Assembly (NCBI GenBank): GCA_052168235.1
Contig: JBQLZK010000016.1
Coordinates: 53,371-117,370, forward strand
Direction of reading: 5' to 3'
Length of the DNA: 64,000 nucleotides
From: Thainema sp.
GTDB lineage: Bacteria; Cyanobacteriota; Cyanobacteriia; Phormidesmidales; Phormidesmidaceae
The notes beneath the pieces were generated by a model, which saw nothing but the letters and a program-made list of their open reading frames with translations, made no database searches and was not told where the DNA came from. This document shows positions 10,046-19,800 of the stretch, one piece after another. Numbering within the stretch: the first letter of the stretch is position 1; every line of letters starts with the position of its first letter. The position numbers and the translations under genes are program-made.

Positions 10046-12390
10046 AACAAATGTTTCGGAGGTTGAGGAGCTGCGATCGGTGCAAATAGCGCTGCCTGCA
10101 ATTCTCGGCGTCCCTTAGGAGAGAGCATACAGCCATCGCTATTGAGGCATTCCACCAAGAGCTGGGTGGTGTGGTAGTACTGTTTGAGCTGTTCTTTCTC
10201 GGCGGGGTTGAACTGCCACGATCGCCCGATGTGATGCCGATGTTTGGCGAATTCTCGGGCTTTGTCGGCAATTTCTCTCACGGTTTCATCGTCCTCCGAG
10301 TGTCCTTTGAGCCGCTGCAACAGCATTTTCAGGGTGTCGCGTTCGCTGGCATCCAGACTGCGAGAGTCAAGGGCAATATTGATGGCAATTAGCATCACCG
10401 CATTGGCCGAAGGGGCTGCCGTAATTTTGGCGGTCGGGTCAGTCACATTCTCATCATAGGCTTGGGTGATGGCAATCGCTTCAGCCAGACTGATTTCATC
10501 CATCATGCGGGTGAGAAAGCTAGCGCAAACCAGGCGATTGGCGGTGCGATCAATGGCTAGGGCGACGGTACGGTTTTCATCAATATCAAAATCAATGTCG
10601 AAGCAAAAGGCCCGTACTGCAGCGGGTTTGAAGTCAGCAAATTCGGGAGCGGCAGCGCGATCGCACACCTCCTGCAAAAACTGCTGCAACCGCTCTGACC
10701 CAGCCAGCAGTTGATCAAGCGTCCGCTTTAGCGGCCCCAGCAGCAGCGAGGCGTCGCGCAGCATTTCTGTCGCTAGCAAGATCACTTCGCGCCAGCGCTT
10801 GTCAGATCCATGCGCCGCTAGGTTTTGCAGTGCCGTTTCGAGCGATCGGCTGTTCTGCACAATTTCTCGTGCCGTAAAGTACTCATGAAACGTCAGGTGA
10901 GAAAAGGAATAAATACCCTTGGCGCGCTCAATTAGCAGCCCATGTTGCGCTTCAATAGAACGCAGGATTATCTCACTATCAATCTGTAGCGTTTCCGGCT
11001 CATCGGCTTCAGATAAGTTACAAATATAATCGGCAATATACTGCTCAGTGATCGCTTGTTTGAAGAAATAATCTTTTCTTTGAAAGGTAACGAGAGCGAT
11101 GTAACTTAATAAGTCTTCTTTACGCAAGTGTGATAGTTTTTTGTACACCTGATCACGCTGAATACCCCGCTTAGCATCCCATTTTTTTAGCAAGGCATCA
11201 ACGCCTTCTTTATAGAGTTCGAATCGACTATTTGGGAAACCACCCGACTCTTCAAACGCCAGGCAAATCAGCGTTAACAGTAGTGGACTGGTGGCCAGTT
11301 GCTTAATCGGAGGATGCTGCTCAAGCTCTCGGAGAAAGCGCTTGGGGGGAATGGCATGTAGCTGAAACCATTTAGACGCGAAGATAGCAATTTGCTCATC
11401 ATCAAAATCAGCTACCTCCACTTCGGTGAATTTTTCAAAGACGTAGTCCCAGGCGGCGATACGACAGGTTATCAAAAACTGATTGTGGCGAAACTGTTCG
11501 GAAAAGCTGCGAATTTCTTTGATCACTCGGGGGTGATCTTCCGATCGCACTTCATCCAATCCATCGAGCAAAATCAAAGCCCTACCCGCTGCAAAGACTT
11601 GATAAAAGTCATCTATCCAGTGATCCTGAGCGATCGCGAGATCGGCAGGTAAATAATGATTTAAATCGCGGCTGATATACTCTAAAAAATTAGGTTTACC
11701 CTCCGCTTCAGCAAAGTCCTTTAATGTGACAAAAATCGGCAGGTGATCGGGTTCAAATTGCCCTTCATTACACTGAATCGCCAAATGTTTTAAGAACGTG
11801 GTTTTACCCGCACCTGGCTTCCCTAAAATAATTAACTTTTTGTAGGTTTTGACGGCATCCAGCGCAGGCACTCGTTCTTCAGCCACCCTACCTAGCCCCA
11901 ACCGATCAAAATCTTCGGCCTCGCAGGCTTGTAGCAACTCATCTAGGGTTTGGTGGCGGCGTCCAGTGATTTGCTCCAGCACATTCACGCTGGTGTAAAT
12001 GTCGTTCACCTGAATGGGATATGACATATCCAGCACGCGCATCGTGCCGCAACGCTCTTGCACACTGGCGTACAGCTTTTGGCGCAAGGTTTGCACCAGC
12101 GCACTGAGACTACCCAAATCAGAGTTAACGGAGTGGGTTGGGCTAAGGTGCGATCGCGCTACAGACGGCGGTACCAACCCAGCAATTTCTTGCCAGTTCA
12201 GCCCCAATTGTTCGCACACCCGTATAAAGATGTTCTGGGAAACCGCTTCGCCCTGAAAAAACTTGGTAATGGGCTGACGACTGCAACCGACTAGCGCCAC
12301 GAGATGTTTTTGGGTCCATCCGGCTTTCAGGAGGGCCTGATGGGCAGTCTCAATTCCTGTGGGGGATGCGGTGAGGGAGGGCTTAGCCAT
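10042..12390 (-). CDS. HTH-NACHT NTPase (N-terminal XRE-like HTH, NACHT, C-terminal helical domains)
   Basis: Walker A GKPGAGKTT, Walker B LILLDGLDEV, SPLLL, YSFSHLTFHEYF; N-terminal GWTQKHLVALVGCSRQPITKFF. ATG 12390 preferred over the track start 12513. Confidence 0.9.
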   Translation of the reverse strand: MAKPSLTASPTGIETAHQALLKAGWTQKHLVALVGCSRQPITKFFQGEAVSQNIFIRVCEQLGLNWQEIAGLVPPSVARSHLSPTHSVNSDLGSLSALVQTLRQKLYASVQERCGTMRVLDMSYPIQVNDIYTSVNVLEQITGRRHQTLDELLQACEAEDFDRLGLGRVAEERVPALDAVKTYKKLIILGKPGAGKTTFLKHLAIQCNEGQFEPDHLPIFVTLKDFAEAEGKPNFLEYISRDLNHYLPADLAIAQDHWIDDFYQVFAAGRALILLDGLDEVRSEDHPRVIKEIRSFSEQFRHNQFLITCRIAAWDYVFEKFTEVEVADFDDEQIAIFASKWFQLHAIPPKRFLRELEQHPPIKQLATSPLLLTLICLAFEESGGFPNSRFELYKEGVDALLKKWDAKRGIQRDQVYKKLSHLRKEDLLSYIALVTFQRKDYFFKQAITEQYIADYICNLSEADEPETLQIDSEIILRSIEAQHGLLIERAKGIYSFSHLTFHEYFTAREIVQNSRSLETALQNLAAHGSDKRWREVILLATEMLRDASLLLGPLKRTLDQLLAGSERLQQFLQEVCDRAAAPEFADFKPAAVRAFCFDIDFDIDENRTVALAIDRTANRLVCASFLTRMMDEISLAEAIAITQAYDENVTDPTAKITAAPSANAVMLIAINIALDSRSLDASERDTLKMLLQRLKGHSEDDETVREIADKAREFAKHRHHIGRSWQFNPAEKEQLKQYYHTTQLLVECLNSDGCMLSPKGRRELQAALFAPIAAPQPPKHLL

Positions 12391-12477
12391 GAAGTCGCGA
12401 TCAAATGGTAACTCAAACTCTATCTTACTTAGCGCAGCCAAAAGACATGCATTTTCGGCAAATCCATGCCAAAAATG

Positions 12478-12558
12478 GGCTTTACTCATCATTAAACAGG
12501 ATTTACTTGACAATTAAATGATAAATAAATAGGATTTACTCATTCATTATTTATCATT
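12478..12558 (+). promoter_or_regulatory. Sigma70-type promoter overlapped by an inverted repeat and direct repeats
   Basis: TTGACA (12507-12512), 17-bp spacer, TAGGAT (12530-12535); inverted repeat AATGATAAATAA (12517-12528)/TTATTTATCATT (12547-12558); GG(A/C)TTTACT x3. Confidence 0.6.
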
Positions 12559-12774
12559 CAGGGATAAGAGATATTTTCAGGTCGCAACCATGCTGGTGAA
12601 ATTCCTTAGCGCTTCAAGCGCCTTGCCCCTGCCAGCTGACGGGTAATCGCGAGTGCAAATTGCACAATGTGCCGCCATCCAGCCCTGGTGCAGTCGTCGT
12701 CGCGTAATCGGATCTCAAACGCCTGGTTAGACCCTTTTTCATCTCAACTCCTCACAAAAACTGAGGCTGAAATT

Positions 12775-14196
12775 ATGGAGCAACTCACTCACCAAATTTT
12801 CGGCGACCGCTACCAGGTGCAGTCTTTATTAGGCCGTCAAGTTGGCAGACAAACGTTTTTAGCGACTGACTTAGCACAGCAAGAAATAGTCGTTTTAAAA
12901 CTTCTTTTGTTTGGGCCAGACTTCACCTGGGAAAATCTCAAACTGTTTGAGCGGGAGGCTAATACGCTCAAAGCACTAAACCATCCTGCTATTCCCAAAT
13001 ACCTTGATTCCTTTGATGTTGAGACAGGTATTGGGCGTGGATTTGCTCTAATTCAGAGCTATATTGATGCGCCATCTTTGGAAGCCGTTATTCAAGATAG
13101 CCGAAAATTTTCTGAAGCAGACGTCACTGCGATCGCAACCCAACTACTTAAGATTTTGAGCTATCTACATGCTCAAAATCCGCCTGTCATTCACCGCGAT
13201 ATTAAACCCAGTAATCTCTTGATTTCCAATACTTATGGTCATTCTGTTGGTGATCTTTATTTAGTTGATTTTGGCTCGGTACAAACAGTGGCCCACCAAA
13301 ATAGCGGCACTATCACGATTGTGGGTAGTTACGGCTATATCCCGCTAGAGCAGTTTGCCGGACAAACCACCACCGCCTCTGATTTATATAGTCTTGGTAT
13401 GACGTTAATCTATCTGATCACGGGCGTTCATCCGGCTGATTTACCCCAAACAAATGGACGCATTGAATTTCGTCATGACCAAATTAGTCAACGATTTTCT
13501 AGATGGTTGGAAAGGATGATTCATCCCCATTTGGATCGACGATTTGACTCAGCTCAGACCGCGTTGGCGGCTTTACAGTCTGAAGACGGCAGCTATGGAT
13601 ACTACCTCAATCTTAAGCCCACTATCAGTGATATTGAACTGCATCGCGATCGCGATCGCCTGGAAATCGTCATACCAAAAAGTTCTGATGATCCAGCGGG
13701 TTTCGGTTGTTTCTTGCTAATGGGTATGCTGCTCTTTTTGTTTGCCGCAAAATTTTTCATTACTCTATTCTTTCTGCTTCTAGCGAGCCTGTGCTTTTTT
13801 GCTAGTAGGCGCAAAAACAGAAAGCTCAAGGAGGTCATTAAGATTGACAGGAATGACAAGATTAGCCAATTTTTGTGTCTCGGATTTAAACAGTGGAATT
13901 TCCAATCTTCGGCCTTTGAGGACATTCAGCACTTAATTTACAATCCCGGCTACACCTTTGATCGCTATGTTGATGCTAATGGCAAAACTATACGGAGAGG
14001 AGAAGTTAAGGTTGCACCAAAGCTGTCGATTTATGCTAGCGACATAGAATATAAAGTGGGCGATAAACTGTCCTTGACCCAGCCAGAATTATGGTGGCTT
14101 GCTCAAGAGTTGAGCGACTTTCTTGATCTGGAAATTAAAGTTATTTACCCCACTCCTAAAGTTCCTCCAGAGCAAACCTGTGGAGGTGGTTGCTGA
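12775..14196 (+). CDS. Hanks-type Ser/Thr protein kinase with transmembrane segment and C-terminal CGGGC tail
   Basis: VVLK, FEREA, HRDIKPSN, DFG, SDLYSLG; hydrophobic stretch GFGCFLLMG...LLASLCFFA. ATG 12775 follows GAGG (track start 12667). Confidence 0.9.
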   Translation: MEQLTHQIFGDRYQVQSLLGRQVGRQTFLATDLAQQEIVVLKLLLFGPDFTWENLKLFEREANTLKALNHPAIPKYLDSFDVETGIGRGFALIQSYIDAPSLEAVIQDSRKFSEADVTAIATQLLKILSYLHAQNPPVIHRDIKPSNLLISNTYGHSVGDLYLVDFGSVQTVAHQNSGTITIVGSYGYIPLEQFAGQTTTASDLYSLGMTLIYLITGVHPADLPQTNGRIEFRHDQISQRFSRWLERMIHPHLDRRFDSAQTALAALQSEDGSYGYYLNLKPTISDIELHRDRDRLEIVIPKSSDDPAGFGCFLLMGMLLFLFAAKFFITLFFLLLASLCFFASRRKNRKLKEVIKIDRNDKISQFLCLGFKQWNFQSSAFEDIQHLIYNPGYTFDRYVDANGKTIRRGEVKVAPKLSIYASDIEYKVGDKLSLTQPELWWLAQELSDFLDLEIKVIYPTPKVPPEQTCGGGC

Positions 14197-14226
14197 ATTC
14201 AAGCGCTGAACTCAAGCGAGGAGAAA

Positions 14227-14778
14227 ATGTTGCCAGAACAAAAAGATTTATACGCCAGGATCAGCCAATTTCAGATAAATGAACCGCACGCCCCATTTCC
14301 CTTTTCGGTAAAGCTTGCTTGGGAATACCAGTGGTCAGAAAACTATACCTATCGTGCTATTGAAGAATACAAAAAATTCATGTTTTTGGTGGCAACTACT
14401 GATCAAGAACTCTCTCCTTCTACAGTCGTTGACCGAGTTTGGCATCTTCATTTACTTTACACCCACTCTTATTGGAACGAATTTTGCCAAAAGATTATTC
14501 AAAAGAACCTTCACCATTATCCAGCGCCAGGAGGTGTCGAAGCGGGTTTGAACTATTACCAGCAATATTGCCAAACCCTAGAGTTCTATCGAGATCATTT
14601 TGGAACCCCACCTCCTGACATTTGGAATCAACCAACATTCAAAAGTGAAGGTGCATTATTTCAGTGGGTTGACCGAGTTCAATACTGGATTATTCCTAAA
14701 CCTAGCCCTTTGCTGATGCTTCAGGGCATCTGGCAAAAGCCGATCAGTTTATGGAAAACAGCAACGAGAGACAAATAG
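14227..14778 (+). CDS. Glycine-rich-domain protein-like (GRDP-like) core domain protein
   Basis: AIEEYKKFMFL...PSTVVDRVWHLHLLYTHSYWNEFC...LHHYP...Y..TL..Y..FG..PP.IW; RBS GAGGAG. Confidence 0.75.
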   Translation: MLPEQKDLYARISQFQINEPHAPFPFSVKLAWEYQWSENYTYRAIEEYKKFMFLVATTDQELSPSTVVDRVWHLHLLYTHSYWNEFCQKIIQKNLHHYPAPGGVEAGLNYYQQYCQTLEFYRDHFGTPPPDIWNQPTFKSEGALFQWVDRVQYWIIPKPSPLLMLQGIWQKPISLWKTATRDK

Positions 14779-14926
14779 TGCGATCGCAATTATTCAGGCT
14801 TGGACACTGAGCGAGCACAACCTGAACATTCGCCCGATCATAAGGATCTACTTTCCCCGCTGCGGAGACTTGAGACGGTGCCTGGCAGCTAGTCGAGATA
14901 GTTGTTTGCTTGATATCAAAACTAAA

Positions 14927-14999
14927 AGCTGGTGACAAGACTCGAACTTGCGACCGGCTGATTACAAATCAGCTGCTCTACCAACTGAGCTACACCAGC
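14927..14999 (-). tRNA. trnT: tRNA-Thr(UGU)
   Basis: Reverse complement GCTGGTGTAGCTCAGTTGGTAGAGCA-GCTGA-TTTGTAA-TCAGC-...GTTCGAGT...CACCAGCT; anticodon TGT. Confidence 0.96.
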
Positions 15000-15176
15000 A
15001 AACGTTTTCTAACTATAGCAGATTAGCATCAACTTAAATTACGATTCAACGTTAATCCAACGTTAAATAGTTGCCTACTCGACACGCACATAGGCTCTGA
15101 CACGAAGAGAAGACGATACCAATATCAATCTTCTACTGGTGCAGACATAGGGGTACTTTGGGGCAATTTTTCAAGA

Positions 15177-15250
15177 TGGACGTAACTGGACTCGAACCAG
15201 TGACCTCCACGATGTCAACGTGGCGCTCTAACCAACTGAGCTATACGTCC
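15177..15250 (-). tRNA. trnV: tRNA-Val(GAC)
   Basis: Reverse complement GGACGTATAGCTCAGTTGGTTAGAGCG-CCACG-TTGACAT-CGTGG-...GGTTCGAGTCC...TACGTCCA. Confidence 0.96.
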
Positions 15251-15263
15251 TAACGGACTTTCA

Positions 15264-15293
15264 AAGATAGCATGAAGCTCTCGATTAGTGCAA
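15264..15293 (-). promoter_or_regulatory. Putative tRNA-Val promoter
   Basis: Minus strand TTGCAC-N18-TATCTT with an extended -10 TG, 13 bp upstream of the tRNA. Confidence 0.45.
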
Positions 15294-15876
15294 GCAGCTT
15301 CCATGTACCGAAATCGTTGCCGATTATGTATTCAATTTTACTCTATGCAATGCTCTGTAACATAAATTTGCTTGCACATTTTTTGCCAATTGAATTGGAA
15401 CGTGAGATGTGAGCAGTTCCCCGGCTGAACGTTCAAACCTAACTAGCGAAGAAGCAGTAGACGTTATCCAATCTGAAGCAGGGGTTTGTTCAGCGGATTT
15501 TACGTATTGCGTCGTTTTTGAGCACGTTTGAGGTAAATATGCAAGCCTTGTTCTCACTGAAAATGTCTGGTAATATCCGGCCCTAGATGTGTGTTCTATG
15601 TAGAAGAAAAACTTTTTCTGTTTGTGTAAGTACGTAGAAACTAATGATAAACTCCAGTAAATTCCATCATTCCTCGTAATGACTTCAGTGGAATTACTTG
15701 GAAAGGCATCATTGCTCAGAATCATCAGCGGTGTGGCTCTGCTTATTCAATTAAATAAAACGATAAGCAGATAAGAGGTAGTTTTCAGAAATAATCTGTT
15801 CGATTAATCTTTGACGGCTTTTTATTCGGGCGTTACGATTGCAGATTTCGTAGTGTGTTAAGCACTGTCAGTTGCA

Positions 15877-16896
15877 ATGTCGTCGTGTGACCAGGTGTGT
15901 GGAGTGAACTTATTAATACGTAAGGCCAGATTTGTCTGGCTATTTTTGGCAGGTCTGATACTGAGTCTGCTACTCGGCTATGCTCAGCAAGCGTCATTTC
16001 CGGCGGTTGCTCAGGAATCGCAGACCGCAACGTTGACGGTTGAGAATGTTGCAACGGCCAGCTTTACCCCTCCAGGTGGGACTCTTCAAACCGTGACATC
16101 CAATACCACAACGTTTACGGCAGTGGTGGAAGAGTCCGGCTTGCAAATTGTTAAGACCGCTGATCGGTCTGCCGCTGAGCCAGGTGACGTTGTCGTATAT
16201 CGACTGCTGATCCGCAACACTGGCACTGTTCCTATCAATAATGTGACAGTGGAAGACGAACTGCCGCTCGGCTTGCGCTACGTTGAGGGTTCGGCACGGG
16301 GAGCGATTGGTGTAGAGGGCAATTCAGCCGAATTTGCGATCGCAGATCCCACCGCCACTGGGCGCACACTGCAATTTGTCACAAATCAAACGCTGCTGCC
16401 GGATCAATCGATCTCGATTGCCTATGCGGCGCTACTGACGCCTGACGCAATTCGAGGATCGGGCCGCAACTTGGCAGTGGCATCAGGTACGACACCGAAC
16501 GGTCAGACCATCACCAGTAATACCGCCAGCCATCGCGTCTTCATTCGCCCCGGTATTTTGTCTGATTGCGGCACGATTGTGGGTCGGGTGTTTGTGGATA
16601 AGAACTTTGACGGACAGCAGCAGCCCGGTGAGGCGGGTGTGCCAAATGCGGTCATCTTCATGGACGATGGCAACCGGATTGTCACCGATGCCGACGGTCT
16701 GTTCTCGCTGGCTAACGTGATTGCCGGAAATCGCTCCGGCACATTGGATCTGACAAGCTTACCGGGATACACGCTGGCTCCAAATCTCTACTGGATTGAA
16801 GGCAATAGCCAGTCCCGTCTTGTTCGACTTCAGCCGGGTGGTTTGGCTCGGATGAACTTTGCCGTCACGCCTGCGTATGGGGAAGGACAGCAATAA
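15877..16896 (+). CDS. Secreted DUF11-domain protein with N-terminal beta-hairpin extension and C-terminal SdrD-B-like domain
   Basis: Signal peptide ending AVA-Q; DUF11 LQIVKTAD..PGDVVVY..NTG..VEDELP.G..YV; GTIVGRVFVDKNFDG..GEAGVPN..TDADG. True start may be slightly downstream. Confidence 0.85.
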   Translation: MSSCDQVCGVNLLIRKARFVWLFLAGLILSLLLGYAQQASFPAVAQESQTATLTVENVATASFTPPGGTLQTVTSNTTTFTAVVEESGLQIVKTADRSAAEPGDVVVYRLLIRNTGTVPINNVTVEDELPLGLRYVEGSARGAIGVEGNSAEFAIADPTATGRTLQFVTNQTLLPDQSISIAYAALLTPDAIRGSGRNLAVASGTTPNGQTITSNTASHRVFIRPGILSDCGTIVGRVFVDKNFDGQQQPGEAGVPNAVIFMDDGNRIVTDADGLFSLANVIAGNRSGTLDLTSLPGYTLAPNLYWIEGNSQSRLVRLQPGGLARMNFAVTPAYGEGQQ

Positions 16897-19800
16897 TGCG
16901 ATATCTCATGAATGTCAAGTTAGGACTCTGGTTGCTCTCGTCAATCCTGGCGATCTTTGGCTCCCTCTCGGCGGCTTCTGCGCAGGAGGTGGCATCCGGC
17001 TCCGCTGAACCGCCTCGGCTGTCGGACTGGAAAAACGAGGCGGAGGCGTCGAATACGGCAGAGGATCTGTTGCGATCGCGCCAGATCACGCCCAGTGAGC
17101 CGCTGCCTGCGGAGGCAACCTTCAGCACCACGACTGAAGAATTGGGCTTTGATCCGGCTGAGGAGGAGGGATTTCATCTATCAACCACAGATGAGGTTGA
17201 ACCCCAAACAGCTCAGCCAGTACTAGTTCCCCATCCGGCGACCAATCTCTTTGATCAGGAAACAGGCGGACGGGTGCTGTTTCCCGTGGGCGAACAGGCG
17301 ACTCCCGCCAATCGGCAGCGGGATATCACAGGCAGCTCGACTGGAACTGGCATCGGCAACAGCACTAGCAATAACGATCTGTTCGAAGCGCCGTTCAACA
17401 ATGCATTACCCGGTTCCTCTGATCCGTGGGGAGCGGGAGTGGATGAGATTACCGGGGAGCGCTTCCGACGGCCCGATGCGGGTGTCTCCGAACCAACGGC
17501 CTATGAGGGACTATTTGACTTACCGGATAATCCAGTCCTGCCAGCACCTGCGGCTCCTGGTGGGGAAGATGAAGGATTTCGCATCGAAGTTTATCCAATC
17601 GGGTTGGGTCGTGCGATCGCAAATGGCCGTTCTCTAGTTGAACTGGAAGGGATCGTGCTTGGCCCGGACGGGTCGCTGGTCTTAGAACCCGTCATCGTCA
17701 CGCTGACGGCAACGGCGGGTGAATTTCCAGGGGCCGACCAGGAACCGGATCGACCGGGCTTCCAGGTGGTGGCGCGGCAGGGTCGCTTTGTGGCGGGTTT
17801 GCAGTCAAGTCTAGACGCGCAGCAGGTGCGGGTGCGAGCTGCGATCGCGCGCAATGATCTGCTGGACGCGCTGGAGTTAGACGAAGAGGAATTCCGCGAG
17901 CTGTACGAAGACGATCGCTTCGGTACGGGGCTGTATGAGAATGAGTACGCTACGCCAACGGCGGTTGCGCCAGGATTAGAGGCGTTTACGCAGGTTGAGT
18001 TTGTCACCGAGCTGCGGCCTACGCTGCTAGCGGGTACGGTCAACCTGCGGATTGGGGAAGCGGGTACGGACTACTGGGGCAGCTTCCGCGAGTTTCTCAA
18101 TCCGGATGAACTGGATGATGGCGTCGCGTTTGACCTGTCCTCCGCCGTCTTTGGCATTGGCTCCATCGGCGAGTGGCAGTTCCTGGCTGCCTACAACAGC
18201 GAGCGGACGCTGAACGAAACCTGCGACGGTGGCGATCGGCTGTTCCGCGATACTCAGTTCTGTGAAGATCAGTATCCGGTCTATGGCGACAGCTCAACCG
18301 TAGATACGCTGACGCCATCCCAGGACAGCTTGTTTATCCGCTTCCAGCGGGATTCGCTTACTCCGGGAGCCGAACCGGACTTCTTCATGTGGGGCGACTA
18401 CGGCACCAGCGAGTTTTCCCGCGCCTCACAGTTGTTCACGGCTACGAGTCGGAATCTGCACGGCTTCAAGGCTAACTACAGTCTGGGCAATCTCCAGCTC
18501 ACGGCGCTATACGCTGACAACGTAGACGGATTCCAGCGGGACACGATTCCACCCGATGGCACCAGCGGTTACTACTTTGTCTCACGCCGACTGGTGATTC
18601 CGGGCAGTGAACAGGTCTTTATTGAGTTTGAGGAGCTGGGCCGTCCCGGCGTAGTGGTGGAGCGGGAACGACTCCAGCGGGGGCCAGATTACGAAATTGA
18701 CTATGACCGGGGCGCAATTATGTTCCGGGATCCCATTCAGGCCACCGAATTTGACATTTTTGGTAACTCCCTGGTGCGCCGAATTGTTGTCACCTACCAG
18801 TATGAAGGCGGCGGCGGTGGCGACTCCGACCTGATAGCGGGTCGCCTTCAGTACAACCTGGCCTACGGTTTTGACCGACCGAGCTGGGTAGGCGTTAGCT
18901 ACTTAAATGAAGACCAAGGCGATCAGGACTTTGAGCTGTTTGGCTTCGACTTCCTGCTGCCGATTGGTGATGTAGCCTTCATCGAAGGGGAATATGCCCA
19001 CTCTGACCACACCTCACTGACGTTTGGCGATGTTTCGGGCAATGCTTATCGTCTAGAGGCCAGCGCTAATTTCAATGAGGTCATTGCCCTGCGCGCCTAC
19101 TATCGGACGGTGGATGAAACGTTTGCCAACGATTCCACGTTTAGCTTTACGCCGGGACAAACCCGGATCGGTGGAGCGCTGTCAGCGGCGGTTACGTCCA
19201 CTACACGGGTCAATCTCCAGTACGACTTCGAGGAAAACTTCGGCATTGCGCCGCTGGTGATTACCGATTTAGACACGCTGCTCAATCCGGGCTTACAGCC
19301 AATCCCCGGTTCAGCGGTTGACAATACGCTGAGTACCTTCCGAGTCGGAGTTCAGCAGGAAATTGGTCGAGCCATCTTCAACTTGAGCTATGTGGATCGC
19401 GATCGCAACGATCGCACCCGACCCGATTCTTCACTGGATACCAATTCCAGTCAGCTCGTTTCTCAGTTGACGGTGCCGCTGGCGGAACGGCTGACGTTTC
19501 AGGCATTAAATGCGCTTAGTCTCAGCGATGGCGACGATCCGCTCTATCCCGACCGGACGGCCCTGGGCTTAAACTGGGCGGCATTCCCTGGCGTCAACTT
19601 GCGGTTGACCCAGCAGTTCCTCTACGGCGACTCGTTTGATGACACGTCTATCACCAGTTTAGACACGGTGATTGAGCAGGAGCTGGATGAAAATACGACG
19701 CTGCGCAATCGCTACTCGATTATTGGCGGCGTCAACGGCATTCGCGCTCAGTCTGCGCTGGGCCTGAATCACGCCTGGGTGGTTGCGCCGGGACTGCGCC

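Noticed and set aside
12590..12646. 18-codon leader ORF (MLVKFLSASSALPLPADG) before the kinase
   Set aside because: Too short, with no supporting motif.
9223..14926. Integrated element at tRNA-Thr with att duplication
   Set aside because: No integrase and no convincing duplicate of the tRNA 3' end seen.
15324..15725. 133-aa minus-strand ORF
   Set aside because: No motif; lies in an AT-rich regulatory region; likely chance.
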